Position numbers and translations under genes: made by a program
Source: Octopus vulgaris
Lineage: Eukaryota
Direction of reading: 5' to 3'
Assembly: GCA_951406725.2 (NCBI GenBank)
Contig: OX597814.1
Span: 146,134,001-146,198,000 of the forward strand
DNA length: 64,000 nt
The notes under the pieces: model-generated
The model's database searches: none
What the model saw: the letters and a program-made list of their open reading frames with translations, nothing else
Told to the model about the DNA's origin: nothing
In this document: in pieces, positions 13,063 through 28,035 of the stretch
Layout: each line of letters begins with the position of its first letter
Position numbering within the stretch: position 1 is the stretch's first letter

Positions 13063-15460
13063 TACCTCCACTGACTTGATGCCTGCGAAAGAGAAATTTT
13101 ATAAGATGTAATGATCTACATGAGTAAAGAAAAAATTGTATATATACTAAGTTAATACGATTATCGAAATGATTGTCAATATGTACTCCATCTGTTCGAT
13201 AATCACCGACTTAAAATGTTAAATAAGAATTTTACTTCTACACCAAATCCCGTGAATACTAACAAGGCATTCTTCTGCAATAAGGATTTTATCGAATACT
13301 ATTTGCTTCTATTTACCCTGCGCGATTAAGCAAAATCAAGGTGCTACAATGTCTCGTATTTGTCTGTTTGTCTTTGTATTTATAAAGATACTGGAATATG
13401 GCTGAACAGATTTTTATCAAATTTGGCAGCAATACTCAATTGGTAAGTGGCTCAAAATGATGAAACTTTGGTTTGGTTAACTTAAAAACTGGTTGACTGG
13501 TGAATCGAAATGATTTGACTGTGCAGACTTTTTCCAAAAGAATTTGTGAACGCAGTGTATGCATCATTTTGGCCTGTTCTCCAGCACAAGTATCTATTAC
13601 TACCACATAAAGACATGTATTATATGAAATAAATACTATATTTATTTCTCATCAGATGGAATACTTTTTTGTTGATCTTACCGTCACGAAACAGTACACT
13701 ATATATATATACATATATGCATGTATGTATGTATATCATTTGATTCGACCCTTGTCAGCGTGTGTATATATCATGGTATACCTCTGCACGTAGACTCGTG
13801 TGGGGGCATACATACATGCATACATAAATACATACATACATTTACATATGGTATTTCAATTGCAACTAAGGTAAAAAATTAATTGACCGTTTTCTTTTAT
13901 CTAATAACCTACGCTTAAAATAACAAGTCTTCTTATGTCCGATTACGTTGAATTTATTATTCCATTTCCAAGTTATTTCATACTTGAAATAGCGGTACTT
14001 ACTTCTTAATATTTTTGAAATGAAATAAGTACGAACTAAGAAAATTTAGGTGCATTTCCTATAAATCTCAGTCCTATGGACCTCACCTCGTCTGTAAATG
14101 GAAGATAAAAGTTATAAAATGTAAGTGGAGTAATATGAATTAAAAGTGAAGTAGTGTGTGCAATGTGGACGGAAGATGTAAGAGACAATATATAAGATAA
14201 ATTTTAATGAGTCGATTTAAAATGTGATGACATTTTATGTGACTGTGTAAGTTAAATACTATGTTATTGATAAAAAATATTCTGTGAAGCAGAACGTTAA
14301 TATCGAATGTAATGCGTTGAGTGTTATTGCATTAACAATGTCACCTCCATCGTCTGATTCAGACTGAGGCAAATTCCAGTTTATTGATACATATAATTGT
14401 AAAATTTAAATTATTTTGTTTTCTTGTTTTGAATACTGAGCTATTGGGATTTTCATAGGTAATTAGTAATTACGACACATGAAATATGCTGGATAATAAT
14501 ATAAAATTGATTTTGAATGTTTTAACCTTTCGCTCACATTTTCAAAATAAGTTAAATTCTTAACAACGTGCTTCAGAACTTGTTCTTCACGTATATTCAG
14601 ATTGAATTAGAAATGGTAATACGCCACCACACACACACATAAATGGCAGAGTAAATTTATCAGTCTTTCATGCTATATAAATACAAAGTAAAAATGCTTT
14701 ACATTTACCTAATCGCATAGCAATCTATTTTAGTCGTTTCCTTTTGTATTCGTTTGGTTGTGAAACTACTAACCTATGATAAATAAATAAATAATGACAT
14801 ATTTTGTATATTTTAAGCAAAGATGAATATGTGCTTCTCTTGGAAATGAGTATACAAGGATGTGTGGTATTGCTAAATATTAAATCGCATAGGAAGAAAA
14901 TGAGTGTAAATAAATAGACTCTCAGAAAGGAAAACAAAAATCATTCAATCTGCATAACTCGTTAAGAATCAACTGTTCAAAGGACAGAATCACTGATGTA
15001 AAGAAAAACTGCTTTCAAAATATTCTTCGTTGTTCACTTGCATTCCACAAGTTTGTAAACAAATTTTCTAACTGTGAGAAAGATCTTCATATATTTCTTT
15101 CTTATTTATGGCCATGAATTGTGCCGACAACAATCTAATAATTCAAACACATCGTTTGGATAGCAAAAATGAGTTTCTCTCGTTAATATTAGTTGTAATG
15201 ACGTTATATTTCAACGTGAACATGAATACATTATCGTTTCTCTGTAGGCTTTTTTTTTTTTTTGCCGTGATATCTATAGATTCTAATTTCGTCTCGAATT
15301 AGAAAAGCCGCCCCCCCCATCCCATACACATTGATAATTAATGAAGGGAGAGTATGATCTTTCTTTTTTCACAGGAATGAAATTGCGGTGCATTTTACAT
15401 GTAGGACCTTAGGGGAAAAGATGGAATCCTTGTTGATAGAGATAAGACTGAGATTTGCTC

Positions 15461-15705
15461 ATCAGTTGTTTCACCTTAACCAGTTGAGACTGTCGCTTCG
15501 AGGCTGACGATACGTGCCTCTCTGATCACGAGCAGAAGTAGTGGGAAAGCATCATAGCAATGTGTTGAGAAGAATTCTTCGGGGTTTGAATAATTCACCT
15601 CTGGAAACATGGGTGTTTCATTCATCCTTAAACAAACCTTATTTAGGGACCTGGACCTGAAGGAAATTCTAACTGGGTCCTACCTGGAAGGACATGCGCT
15701 TTGTC
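15461..15705. repeat. Partial copy of the 58570-59138 repeat
   Basis: Direct similarity to 58723-58990. Followed by (AAT)/(GAT) tracts. Confidence 0.75.
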
Positions 15706-15728
15706 ATTCAATAATAATAATATTAATA

Positions 15729-15772
<44 letters not shown>

Positions 15773-15836
15773 AATAATGATAATAATAATAATAATAGTA
15801 ATAATAATAATAATAATAATAATGATAACGCATATG

Positions 15837-15885
<49 letters not shown>

Positions 15886-15888
15886 AAG

Positions 15889-16185
15889 TGAAGGTGCATG
15901 GCTCAGTGGTTAGAGAGTTGGGCTCAAAATCACGAGGTAGTGAGTTCGATGCCTGGACCGGGCTGTGTTCTGTGTTCTTGAGCAAGACATTTTATTTCAC
16001 GTTGCTCCAGTTCTCTCAGCGGTAGAAATGAGTTGCAACGTCATTGGTGTTAAGCTATATCGGCCTTTGCCTTTCCCCTGCTGTTATGCATAGACGACTG
16101 CTGGTCTTCCACAAACAACCTTGCCCGGACTTGTACCTCTAAGCGTAACTTTCTAGTTGCAATCTCATGGTCTTTTATGAATGAA
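15889..16185 (+). mobile_element. tRNA-derived SINE, head C + body W
   Basis: Head like the 20127 copy with a different 3' body. Confidence 0.8.
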
Positions 16186-16570
16186 AAGGGTTTTCCCTTT
16201 ATATATGTGTGTGTGTGTGTATCTAGAAATATGTACATAAATATACTTATATGTATTCAAACATATTATCTTTATGTTCAACCTTAACTATATTTGCAAT
16301 AACTCTAAAAAATGGAAACGCATTGTTAGCGTTGCATGAATAAGTGAAAAAAGATGTCTTGCAACGTCAGTTTTGAGTTTCTTATAGAGAATGAATTTCA
16401 ATTATATCCGTATTCACACATTCACACAATATGACTGCAAGGAAGCTATCCTTGAAATATGTAACCTTTCATCACACTTGAGCATAAGCCATATTTCTAC
16501 ATGTCACTCGTTCACTGCATTTCCTCACATACACATAGACACTGAAATGTTCTATATAAATATGGGAGAG

Positions 16571-16950
<380 letters not shown>

Positions 16951-17348
16951 GAGAGAGATACACGGGTGTTTTGTGTGTGTGTATATATGTGTGTATATAC
17001 ATGCTCTCGTGTGGCAGATAAGTATATTATATATCTATAAGCGCTGACACATTTCGGAGTGCAGGCATTGATACTTTTGCACACGTATATTTATATGTTA
17101 ACTCAAGGGAAGAGTACAGGAAAATGTTCTCGAATGATTTTGATACTCCTTAATCCTGTTCTTATTGATCCAGTTTTTTTTTTTCAGGCTTGAGAAACTC
17201 ATCTTCTAGCAATTGGTACTGAGACAGTATGTCTTTCATAAAAGGATTACAGAAAAATTATATCTATATATCTATATATCTTTATGCATGCATGCATGTA
17301 TGTATGTGTGTATGCATGTATGTATGTATGTATGTCGCTCTCACTATG

Positions 17349-17415
<67 letters not shown>

Positions 17416-17465
17416 GCATGGAAGATTATTTGAAACGTAAAATTTTAAAAGTATTCCATTAGAGC

Positions 17466-18990
17466 CAATGGACACTTGAAGAAACTGAAATGCATCGTAT
17501 CAGAACTTACAAATAAAAGCAGAGTTTTTTTTCCCACTCGGATAAGCCTGGAAAATTGTATAATCTTGACAGTGAGCTTTTGAATAAAGAAATTACTAAA
17601 AGGTGTATGTTAAGAACTACAAACTTAATTTCTTAGCAAATTATGTGAAATTACAAATTGGATGATAAAACAGAACCTTTTGTTCCTAAAAAACCGAAAA
17701 TCATTTTAAAGGATCATAAGGAGATTTTTTATAGTAACGCTAAAGTTAGATTGATTTGCCCAGGTAGATCTGACTTAGGTAAACTTAGTAAAGCGGTTTT
17801 AGGTAAGTATATTCCTGTTCTTAAAGAAAAAATAAGATTGCAACTCTGATCTAATACCTATGAGGTAATTGATTGATTTAACATGATCAAACTTTATAGT
17901 AGGTGTAGAAACATACAAATAGATATTGGTAGCTATCTCTCTTTAATTAAGCAAATTGTCTTAAATAAAGCCCTCAAATTTGCGGAAAATTAATTATATA
18001 TCAACATTGATGAAATAAGGGTTACTTTAGCCTCTAAAAGAACAATCGTAGACTTCTAGAATAAGTATTGGACTAATATTAATAGTATAGACGGATTTGA
18101 TATAGCAGAGGAATCGGCAGATTTCACTCAAGTTACAGATTTGATTGGGATTTATGTTCTATCCTAGGACGGGACTTTCTTCACCTGGAAGGAGGCCTCA
18201 TAGGGATGATTCCTTTTTTACCGTTAGGAACATATCTAATATAAAGATAGAGCTATGTAAGAAAAACTTCATAGGTGTTTTAATTTATTAGAGAGTTTTG
18301 GACATTCTATAACGATTGAAAATGAGAATGAATCGGTGAACTTCCTTGTCTTTGATCATAATCTTGTGTCGGTCAAAATCAACCATACCATAAACCAAAC
18401 TCTAGTCTTAGGTATATTAACTTTGAAAGCAACCATCCTGGTTCTGTGAAACATTTTTTAGTTAATAATATTTACAAAAGAATTTCAAATTTATTATCTA
18501 ATAAAGAGGTTTCGATAAAAATGCCGACTAATATAATGTAGCACTTAGCAAAGCTGGATATAAACGGAAATTGGTATATAGTCCTAATAATATTGGCACT
18601 TCTAACGACCTACTTAGTTCCCATACTAACATGGATTGGAAAATAATAACAGGAAATAGGAATAGGAATCAATCGAAAAATATTAAAAACGCGAATATTA
18701 AAAATCAATATCAACCGCAAAATATGAGATTTATGGGAAACAATGTACTGCTTCGTTCGTCTAATCTTTCTAGTACTATCGACAGCAGGAGTAAATAGAT
18801 TAGAAAGCAAACACCTTATATATCTAATAATGGTCATAAATGTGGAGGTTATAAGTTTTCTTCTAATGGGGACAAAACTGTTTGGTTTGTTATTCCATTC
18901 GCTAAGCAGATTAAGAGTAATTCGGTCGGTGCGTTATACAAACTATTTTCCAGACAGTTTACAAAAGAAAATAGATACTGTGATATTATT
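17466..18990 (+). pseudogene. Penelope-like element reverse transcriptase remnant (many stops and frameshifts)
   Basis: IILKDHKEIF..NAKVRLICPGRSDLGKLSK, FDIA...QVTDLIGIYVL, a GLYRDD-like site near 18190-18210, YHKPNSSLRYINFESNHP and VWFVIPFAKQIKSN. Interrupted by a SINE at ~19000. Confidence 0.8.
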
Positions 18991-18998
18991 AACACTCG

Positions 18999-19115
18999 GA
19001 AGGCGGTAAGCTGGCACAAAAGTTAGCACGCCGGGCGAAATACCTAGCGGTATTTCGTCTGTCTTTACGTTCTGAATTCAAATTCAGCAAGGGTCTACTT
19101 TACGTTTCATCCTTT
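18999..19115 (+). mobile_element. SINE family D, 5' part
   Basis: GGCGGTAAGCTGGCA..GTTAGCACGCCGGGCGAAAT..TTCGTCTGTCTTTACGTTCTGA.TTCAAATTC. Confidence 0.8.
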
Positions 19116-20084
19116 GTGTTTTCATCCTTTTATGTCATAATGTTTTTTAATATCGTCTTTTTAATGTAATAATCATTCGCGACCCCACTGTGGATTTGTA
19201 TTATCCCCCTCTATGGTTGACTCTCTGTGGGAAATAAAGAAATCATTTTGTATCTACTAATTTATACCAGATTATATCTAAAAGTAACGAGAGGAGATTG
19301 TATTATTTTTATAATAATTTTTTATAATAATTGTAACGGTAGTAAATGCCATTATGTTTGTATCGATGGAATAAACGTAAGAAAGGAGAGTGAACGTTAG
19401 ACATCTAATGTGAAAGGGAAAGCTCTACAAACAGTAAAACCTAATTTCTAAGGATGAGAAACAGAATAATAATGTGGAAGATACAGATAATACATTTTGT
19501 GACTACAGGGTTAAAACTAGATGTTTATTCGAGAATTATTGTAAACAAACGAATGTTGTTTACAGATGATGTGTACATTCTGAAGTTAGAAATTACGTTT
19601 ACATTGGTGCTACACAAGCTTTTATTAAGGTATTTGTAACCGTATTTACACCTTTAAAAATAAAAATAGGTCTGCTTCCACTAGCCTTACTAAATTTATT
19701 TGGGATTTAAAAGATACCAAAAAAAGCTTTTAGGTAGAGTGGGAAATTATAAGCAGGGTCACTGCTTAGAAACATGGAAAGTCTTTTTGTTTTCTTTGTT
19801 TAGAAGAACTGTATTTGATTTGATTTTGTAGCAGACGCCTATTAAATACTCATATGGAAATGAGATTTTCTTTTGCTGTGTGTCAAAATGGACATTTAGG
19901 AACTATTATTAGGTTTGTAGTAATTCTTGATAATTGATAATATTAAAGATATCTACATTTAAATATAAATGTTAATATAAATATATAAATATACATATGT
20001 ATACACACACATACGCACACACACACACACACACATACGCACACACACACACACACACACACACCTATATACATATACACATAG

Positions 20085-20120
<36 letters not shown>

Positions 20121-20126
20121 TGTGTG

Positions 20127-20455
20127 TGAAAGCGCGTGACTTAGTGGTTAGGGCACTCGGCTCACGGTCGTAAGGTCATGAGTTCAATTCCCGGCGACGC
20201 GTTGTATACTTGAACAAGACACTTTATTTCACGTTGCTCCAGTCCACGCTGCTGCCAAAAATGAGTAGTAGTACCTGTATTTTAAAGGGAAGGCCTTATC
20301 ACACTCTGTGTTACGCTGTATTTCTCTGAGAACTACGTTAGGGGTACACGTATCTGTGCAGTGCTCAGCCACTTGCACGTTAATTTCAGTGAGCAAGCTG
20401 TTCAGTTGATCGTATCAGCTGGGAGCCTCGTCGTCGTAACCGGGGGAGTTCTCCT
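20127..20455 (+). mobile_element. tRNA-derived SINE, head C + body X
   Basis: GCGCGTG.CTTAGTGGTTAGG..GAGTTCAATTCCC..GAACAAGACACTTTATTTCACGTTGCTCCAG. Confidence 0.85.
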
Positions 20456-20677
20456 TGATATATATTATACACACACACACACACACATACATACATATAT
20501 ATATGTGTAAATTAAGCGTTAAACTCCATTTATTTATTCATATATTATTCAAAATATTCAACGTAAACACGTAGTTTCTACCTTTATAAACAAGGAGTTA
20601 CAACATCTTGACTTGTGAGGTTTTTGCTACCCTGGTAACTATTCCGTGTTAATTGTTAGCAAGGTAAAAATACACTC

Positions 20678-20719
<42 letters not shown>

Positions 20720-21414
20720 ATTCTTTATATATATATAGGGGGGAAAGAGAGAGAGAGAGAAATAGATTGATAAATTTCCTGAGGGGTAAAACTTGGCAAT
20801 ATGTAGGTTTGTTTGTGTTTACTTGATACGTGTAGACTGTGCATTTGAGTTAACATTGATTGAAGTAGCAATTTTGGATGGAGCTAGGCGATGTTTGATA
20901 AGATATATTTTGTTAATCTGTAGTATCATGGCCATGCTCGACTAACTGACGTGTCTAGCTGCTCCCTCCTTAACAATTAATCTACGACGTTTTCACCTAT
21001 TGACTACTTTTTTTCTACCATGCTTTTTTCCCCGATAATGTTTATATCTTAACTATCATAACACCATCAACGAACTATTGTGTATCATATTTACAAAAGC
21101 AAGAATATGTTGAACGTGTTTATTTTGTATATACCTGGCAATGACGATCTCTACGGAACGCTAGCGTTAAGAAAAAAACAAACGCTCCTGAGTTTGTAGT
21201 AGGTTAGATTACACGTTGTTAAATAAATTCCCCATGAGGATATACTCAATTCACTGGTTTCGAATACGAAATTTTATTTCTGAAATTAAAGAACTGTGTA
21301 TGGAAACAGATGTAGCTAGGAACCTCTGTGTATGTATTTCAATGTCATTAAACAAAAACAACTGTACGTAAATTATCCATTTTCTTCATTTTCATATATA
21401 TATATATATATATC

Positions 21415-21689
21415 ACGGTGATAACCGTGACCGACCAGGCTATCAAATGTTGCTACACATCGCTTGTCACAATGCGCTTCGCATTGTTTTAGCCTTCAAA
21501 TGACGCCACACAGCTGGTTAAGCGAGCAGGCCAACAGAAAAAAGAGTGAGAGATAGTTGTGGCGAAAGAGACTCGTGGAGCTTTTAGGTGTTTTCGCTCA
21601 ATAAGCACTCACAACGTCCAGTCTGAGAATCGGAACCGCGATCCTAGGACCGCGGGTCCGCTGCCCTAACCCCTGGGCCATTGCTCCTC

Positions 21690-21691
<2 letters not shown>
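21415..21691 (-). mobile_element. tRNA-derived SINE, head B + body Z
   Basis: Reverse complement of the 35141 head with a different 3' part. Confidence 0.8.
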
Positions 21692-21721
<30 letters not shown>

Positions 21722-22033
21722 TATATTGACGCTTCTTTTTATGCTTAGTTTCAGTAAATACATTTTTGCATTAATATGATGGCTTACTCGCTACTTTTTC
21801 AGAATACAAATTCATTACCCTTATACAAGAATGTTGTTGAGATTGACTTCAAAGTTTTGGCCCGCCAAGCCATCGACGCAGTATAACGGCATTATGATAT
21901 TACAAAGATTTTAACCTTCGACATCACTTCGACAACTTTCTTTTATACGAATAATGCCCTCACACACAGATATAGTTAGATGTACCGACAGACAGATAGA
22001 TAAACAGATAGATAGATAGATAGGTAGATAGAT

Positions 22034-22101
<68 letters not shown>

Positions 22102-23149
22102 GTAAATGTACTTGCGTAAGAGTTTGTGTTTGCTTTTACTTCAGATTTTATGTAGATATTGCTAAGGACTTCCAGAATCTGTGCCTAAACCGGTTGATTT
22201 CTTTTTAGTGCACTATTATAATTCTAGCACATGCAGCAATTTCTTTAAACGTACAGATTTATTCCCTCTCCTCACAAATAATTAATGTTATTCTTTCCTC
22301 TTCACACAATCAATTGTCAACAGCTGTTTGTGTTAGCATGGGCAGTATTTCGCTGCTTTGTTGGGATTTCAGCTCCATTTAACTTGACATTTACGATTTA
22401 TTCAATACAAAATAACTTGCTGTCCGTATTTGCATCATGAGAATGAATACACAGGGATAGGATTCCTTTCACAAATTTAATTATAAAGCACGTAATTTCT
22501 CGAAATATAACGGCATTATAATATTTTAATGAGTTTAACCTTTTGCATATATTTCCAACATAGAGACGCTTTCCGTAATGAAGATATTTTACCCACCGTA
22601 TATATTTTAAAATTGTCTTACGAAAATATTTATTTTTATTTGTAAAAAAAATGTGATGCAAACAAAGATCATTCTTTCTAAATATACAAATATTCTGTAT
22701 TAGTTTGGAATCCGAAAAAGTGTAAATATTTTCGACAGCAGATTATACATAATTTAATTCTATAGTAGATTGATGGTGCGAGGTTTCAGTCGGGATTTGA
22801 TTCATGTTGTTACGCATGGAGATGCTAGTTGGCTTTGGTGATGTGCTGACACCCATTAATAGTAAGGATCTTAAATTGGGGCAATTTACGAAAGTGCAGA
22901 TATAGTACAACATATGACCGTTCGAGTAGACAATGGAAGTTACTATAGTCACTTTTCATTACGTGTTACGCGATATTTATGACAAGAGAGACGACGACAG
23001 AATTAAGAAAACTAAGTATGTAAATAATAAATAACTGAAAGAAGTTGAACGTGCTTAACACAGTAATAGTAAGAATTGGCGGAGGGCGTGGCTTAGTGGC
23101 TAGTGTGTTGCTATGATCGCAAGATTGTGGTATCGATTCCTGGAACGGA

Positions 23150-23700
23150 GAAATACATCATTTGTCCTCAGGTGAGTATTTATGAGGTGTGCGGAGTCTA
23201 ATGTGAGGCTGTGGAATGTGATTATGTGGAAATAATTAAGAGATAGTGCAGAATGGGACAAAGGCTGAGAGAAGATATGAGTAACAAAAAGAATCGAGGT
23301 AGAGAACTTTTCGGGATGAGAAGAAAAGTAGAAATATTGATGGCATTAATATATAGGAATAAGTGACACAAGCTTCCGACTGTGAAGAGTAATCCTGTGA
23401 TCGAAAAATCAGTCCTGCTGAGTTTATTTACATAGATGTTGTAGACATTATCCCAGTAGTCTGTCAGCACCTGAATTTTCCTCTGAGAATTTCGCATTTG
23501 TATCTCATTGCTTCTCCCATGCATCAGTGACAATGGTACACGTCAGCCTCGTATAGAGTTGAGTTTGCTTGCATCCAATATTGGAGTACAGAGTGCACAT
23601 AGTGTTGTTTGAGTCACCAGAGATGGAATAAATAGTGTGGCTGTATATATCGAGCAGGGTTTTGGAAGAAGTGTAGATGCTAATTGTACCGCGTTTCGAA
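23150..23700 (-). mobile_element. Old CR1/Jockey-like LINE 3' remnant
   Basis: Weak similarity only (TVGSLCHLFLYIN resembles the post-RT RR.VxSLCLFYRY motif). Heavily decayed. Confidence 0.35.
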
Positions 23701-24391
23701 TTTTGTAGCTGCGAGAGCCACTGAAATCTTGCGATTATTTCCTAATGTAAATATATTGCCAAAGTGTATCATTCATTCAACAAGCCTAAGCTCTATTTAG
23801 CTAATGATATATTGCATATTTCATAATTATATATAGCTTAATAGTTTAATTATGTTATAGAGTTCTTTGGCAAACGTTTATGATAGCAAGCTTTATACAT
23901 AGTAGTTAAGGTTATTTCTTTTTCATCGTGAAATGAAGGCAATCCTAATCACGATTTATCAACACTAAATAATTGGTTCAACTTACTTTTTTGTTTGTTA
24001 ATAATTCATAAAATTGTGAAGGGTCGTGTTATTCATAATAATTATTATATTTGTTTAGACGCCATGCAATATTTAATTAAAATTTGGAAGAAAGAGAAAT
24101 ATTCACAATTCCCACTCAAGTATACGACATTTCAAAGCGGAGAATATAATTCCCGTTGTCAAATATCGTTAGAAAGCTTTCATAGTTAACAGCCACGGGG
24201 AGACGCATCTATATCATCAATTTCCTTTGATATATGCATTACAAATGAAAGGGATGCAAGTATTGCAACATATTGTTCGTTATGAATATGTTACAGGCAA
24301 CAATATAATGTACAAACGGTCGATATTTCAAGAAACAAGTGAATATATATTAGTTGAATACTTCAGTCATATGTAATGTATCCCATGCTTC

Positions 24392-24888
24392 ATGACATAA
24401 AAAAGAGGAAAACCGATTCGACTGTGAATTTCATGATATTGATAAAGCTTTTTACTTAAGCATTTTTTTCATATATATATATATTACGGACATGTACTTG
24501 CATAGCAAGTGACCTGATCTGAGATCGTGTGCTGGAACGAAAACAATTACAGCGTCGAAGGTGTTTATAAGCCATTTAAGAAACACACAAAAACCGTTAG
24601 ATTCACTTCGACTTTTAAATTTAATTTGAGAAAAATATTTTCGTCGCTTTGAGACTGCGACAAAATTCCGTGTTGTATGTATATATATATATATACATAC
24701 AACACGGAATTTTGTCGCAGTCTCAAAGCGACGAAAATATTTTTCTCAAATTAAATTTAAAAGTCGAAGTGAATCTAACGGTTTTTGTGTGTTTCTTAAA
24801 TGGCTTATAAACACCTTCGACGCTGTAATTGTTTTCGTTCCAGCACACGATCTCAGATCAGGTCACTTGCTATGCAAGTACATGTCCG

Positions 24889-24924
<36 letters not shown>

Positions 24925-24997
24925 AAAATGCTTAAGTAAAAAGCTTTATCAATATCATGAAATTCACAGTCGAATCGGTTTTCCTTTTTTATGTCAT
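24392..24997. repeat. ~605 bp near-perfect spacerless palindrome centred on a (TA)n tract
   Basis: 24392-~24686 is the reverse complement of ~24687-24997, apart from (TA)n length and a 2-nt indel near the outer end. Confidence 0.95.
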
Positions 24998-25726
24998 ATA
25001 TATATATATATACAACACGATTCTGCGAGGTCGCCACCTTACTAAGCACTATATCTCTCTCTCTTTCTCTTCATCCCTCATTTCCATTAACAGCATAATG
25101 CATCGGCTGGCTATCTCCTCTCTTGTTCACTCTCTCATTCCTTCTATTTCTCCCTCGCTCCAGCTCCTCATTTGTGACAAACTAAAGCATAAAGTTTGAA
25201 CGAACATAGAGAAGAATACTATGGACTTAGCTCAATAAAAAAAACTAGCGCCACTATCATCACTATTACTTCCAGAGGCGGGGCTCATTTCAGCTGTTTG
25301 CTTATATCTAAAACTTATCTGCCAATCTCTCTCTCTCTCTCTTAATGTAATTGCCACCCCTCTCTATCTGCAGTTTTGTAACCTCGCCATCATCTGTATC
25401 CTAAATTTATCTCTTTCTCTCTACTTCCTCCCCCCACCCTACAGGATGTCATTAAAATTTCTCTATCCTTCTCTACCTTCACCGTCTTTTTTCTCTCGCT
25501 CAGCGCCTCTCATTTCAGCTGACCACGTGAAGCATTTGCCGAAGTGCATTAATATTATTCCTCTCTATTTTCTTCACTTCTCCCTTCCGTGCTCACCTTT
25601 ACTCCACCTCTCACTCATTGCACCTCTACCTCTGACTAGCTAATGTATAACAGGTGAACGAACAGGCATATTATACATATATAAATATGAATATATATAT
25701 TGGTTATATATATATGTATCTCTCTC

Positions 25727-25782
<56 letters not shown>

Positions 25783-25785
25783 CAT

Positions 25786-25834
<49 letters not shown>

Positions 25835-25901
25835 ACCTCGTGAGTACCACTGGCGATTTTTTTCCTCTGTCTTCCCTTCTCGGGATCTTTCCTTCTCCTA
25901 T

Positions 25902-25936
25902 GTTTCCGACGAAGAGCTCCACTCGAAACGTTAAAC
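25902..25936 (+). ncRNA. Minimal hammerhead-like motif (degenerate) within a PLE-type terminal repeat (~25835-26020)
   Basis: GTTT-CCGACGA-A-GAG-CTCCA-CTC-GAAAC-GTT-AAAC. Stem I GTTT/AAAC, core with U4>C, palindromic AACGTT stem III. Confidence 0.55.
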
Positions 25937-28035
25937 CCTCTTTCTTCCCTTCTTTCATGAGCGTCCAATAATACTTTATTTGTTCCACGTCCTTGCGTTG
26001 TTGTGTTTTTTTGTTTTCATGTTTCTCGCTTCTGATTCTAGGTTAGAGTTGGTCGAGCATACCGCACTAATTTTGAAGTATCGGTACAGTAGAGTATTCT
26101 TCATCAGTACGTAAAGAGAATACATATGATTTTGCAATTGTCTCGAATAAGTATTTCTTATTAAAAAAAAAAAACACACAAAGCACATTCCAAACCTTTT
26201 ATTTCGAGAAAACATGTATAATAACTAGCTTTAAAATTGAGTATGAAATAAATTCTTTGTCGATTATGGAGACATGTTTACGTGTTCACACGCAGGTATT
26301 TATACACACACACATACACACACTCGCACACACATATGCGCATATATATACTTATACTTATACGTATACAGTTATACATACATATATATGTAGTGGAAAC
26401 TCGCATAGCGATGGATTAAATCATTTATAAATTCCATCCATGAATTATTATTATTATTATTACTATATTTATCCTGCCCTGTATCGGTACAGCTCGGTAC
26501 AACCCTATAAATCTGTCATTGCATGTTGGTATAATTAGGCTGTAGACGACACGATAAAATAAGAGCTTATTTTTCGATCCCCATTTACTGCATTTATATT
26601 CCTCGCACTTTCCGTTGGGTTGTTGCTCTTAGCGAACTCATAAATGAAAATATGTCGAATATACCATTATAGCCTTGAAAGAATAACTGCTAAAATCGAA
26701 CTACACTCGTGAAATATTCCACCAAGAATAAGGACAAGGTAAAATTACTACCTTCATTGATGGCAAGTTCTGCAATTTATCCTGTCCCTCTCCGAGTTTA
26801 AGTTCACGCAACTGGAAAAACCGCATTATTTTTGGGATGACACAGTACATAATTTACATTACAACAGCAACATAGATTTTGTTAAGGAATGATACCGTAT
26901 GTTTCATTATGTGATTAAATATTTCAGATAATACGCAAATTTGTAAATTTATCCAGTGCTACATAGTAGATTTCTAAAGACACTCTATAGACAAATTTTA
27001 AATACAGAAGGGTTTTAATTCGTTATAGTTCCTATTGTCGCTACTTATATGCTATTATGATGCAAATGTGAACGGTTGCTTATCGTCCTTCTTTGTTCAT
27101 TACAGAAAATATTACAAGGACCTCTTAGAAACAAACTGCTATTTTGTTTTCAGTTTATGGGGTTAATAATGACGTAAGTATATTGCCTACAAAATAATGT
27201 TTCCTTTCCTCTTATTATTTCTTTCATAAATAACAGGACATGCACGTGCTAGAATTTGTGAGAAATATGGTATTCTTCGAATTCATATTACTGCAAATAA
27301 TATGCTTATATCAAAAACAATGGAAGGAATACTGAAATTGCTCATTACAAGTGTAATATATCTGCAAAAGTGTCTTACTATTGAAAATAATATCGCAATA
27401 GAAGTGATGCAATTGCTCATTATGGGTATAATATATCAGTCTAAGAATATTGTAGAACATCATATAATCGCCTGTTACATGCACTTATAACAACTAATGT
27501 ATTGGCAAATTGTGATTCTCGTTTAGTAAATACATAACACATTTTGTCTTCCATAGCACATTTGTCTTCCATAGCACATTTTGTCTTCCATACAAAGTTT
27601 TCATTGCTAAGGATTGGGAATTTTTATATTTTGAATTAACGATAACAATAAATTATGTTTGAATAGATAAAATCTTACAAAAGTGAACTTTGCTATGAAC
27701 GTAATATTTCACTTGAAGTTGAAGTTCATAAGATGCCCTGCATAAGGCAATCGATAAAGTAGTAATAAATCAGAAATCGTAAGATCAAAGAGTTGGAAGG
27801 TCAGTATTTTTTTATGTTAAGGCAAGACGTTAGCATGTCCTCCAGATGGATTTCTACTAAAACTTGGCTATCCTATATAAAGAATGTTACTAGGTGTTCG
27901 TTGCAACATAACTTACATCATGTTCATGATAGTTCGTAATGTCAATGGGAGTGTTCATTGGCCATTAACTCTATGAACGAAATCTCAGTTACTTTTTCTT
28001 ACCTTGGATTAATTTGCAAATTACAATCCTGATAA

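Noticed and set aside
13315-13560. Helentron/DINE-like repeat (TGTCTGTTTGTC...GATTTTTATCAAATTTGG)
   Set aside because: Only a loose motif resemblance, and the termini are not identifiable.
24700-24750. GTCGC/GCGAC stem followed by GAAA (half of a hammerhead) in the palindrome arm
   Set aside because: No CUGANGA-type box upstream in this copy, so there is not enough to call it.
27538-27592. Three ~19-bp direct repeats, considered as a CRISPR-like array
   Set aside because: Head-to-tail with no spacers and in a eukaryotic context; an ordinary minisatellite.
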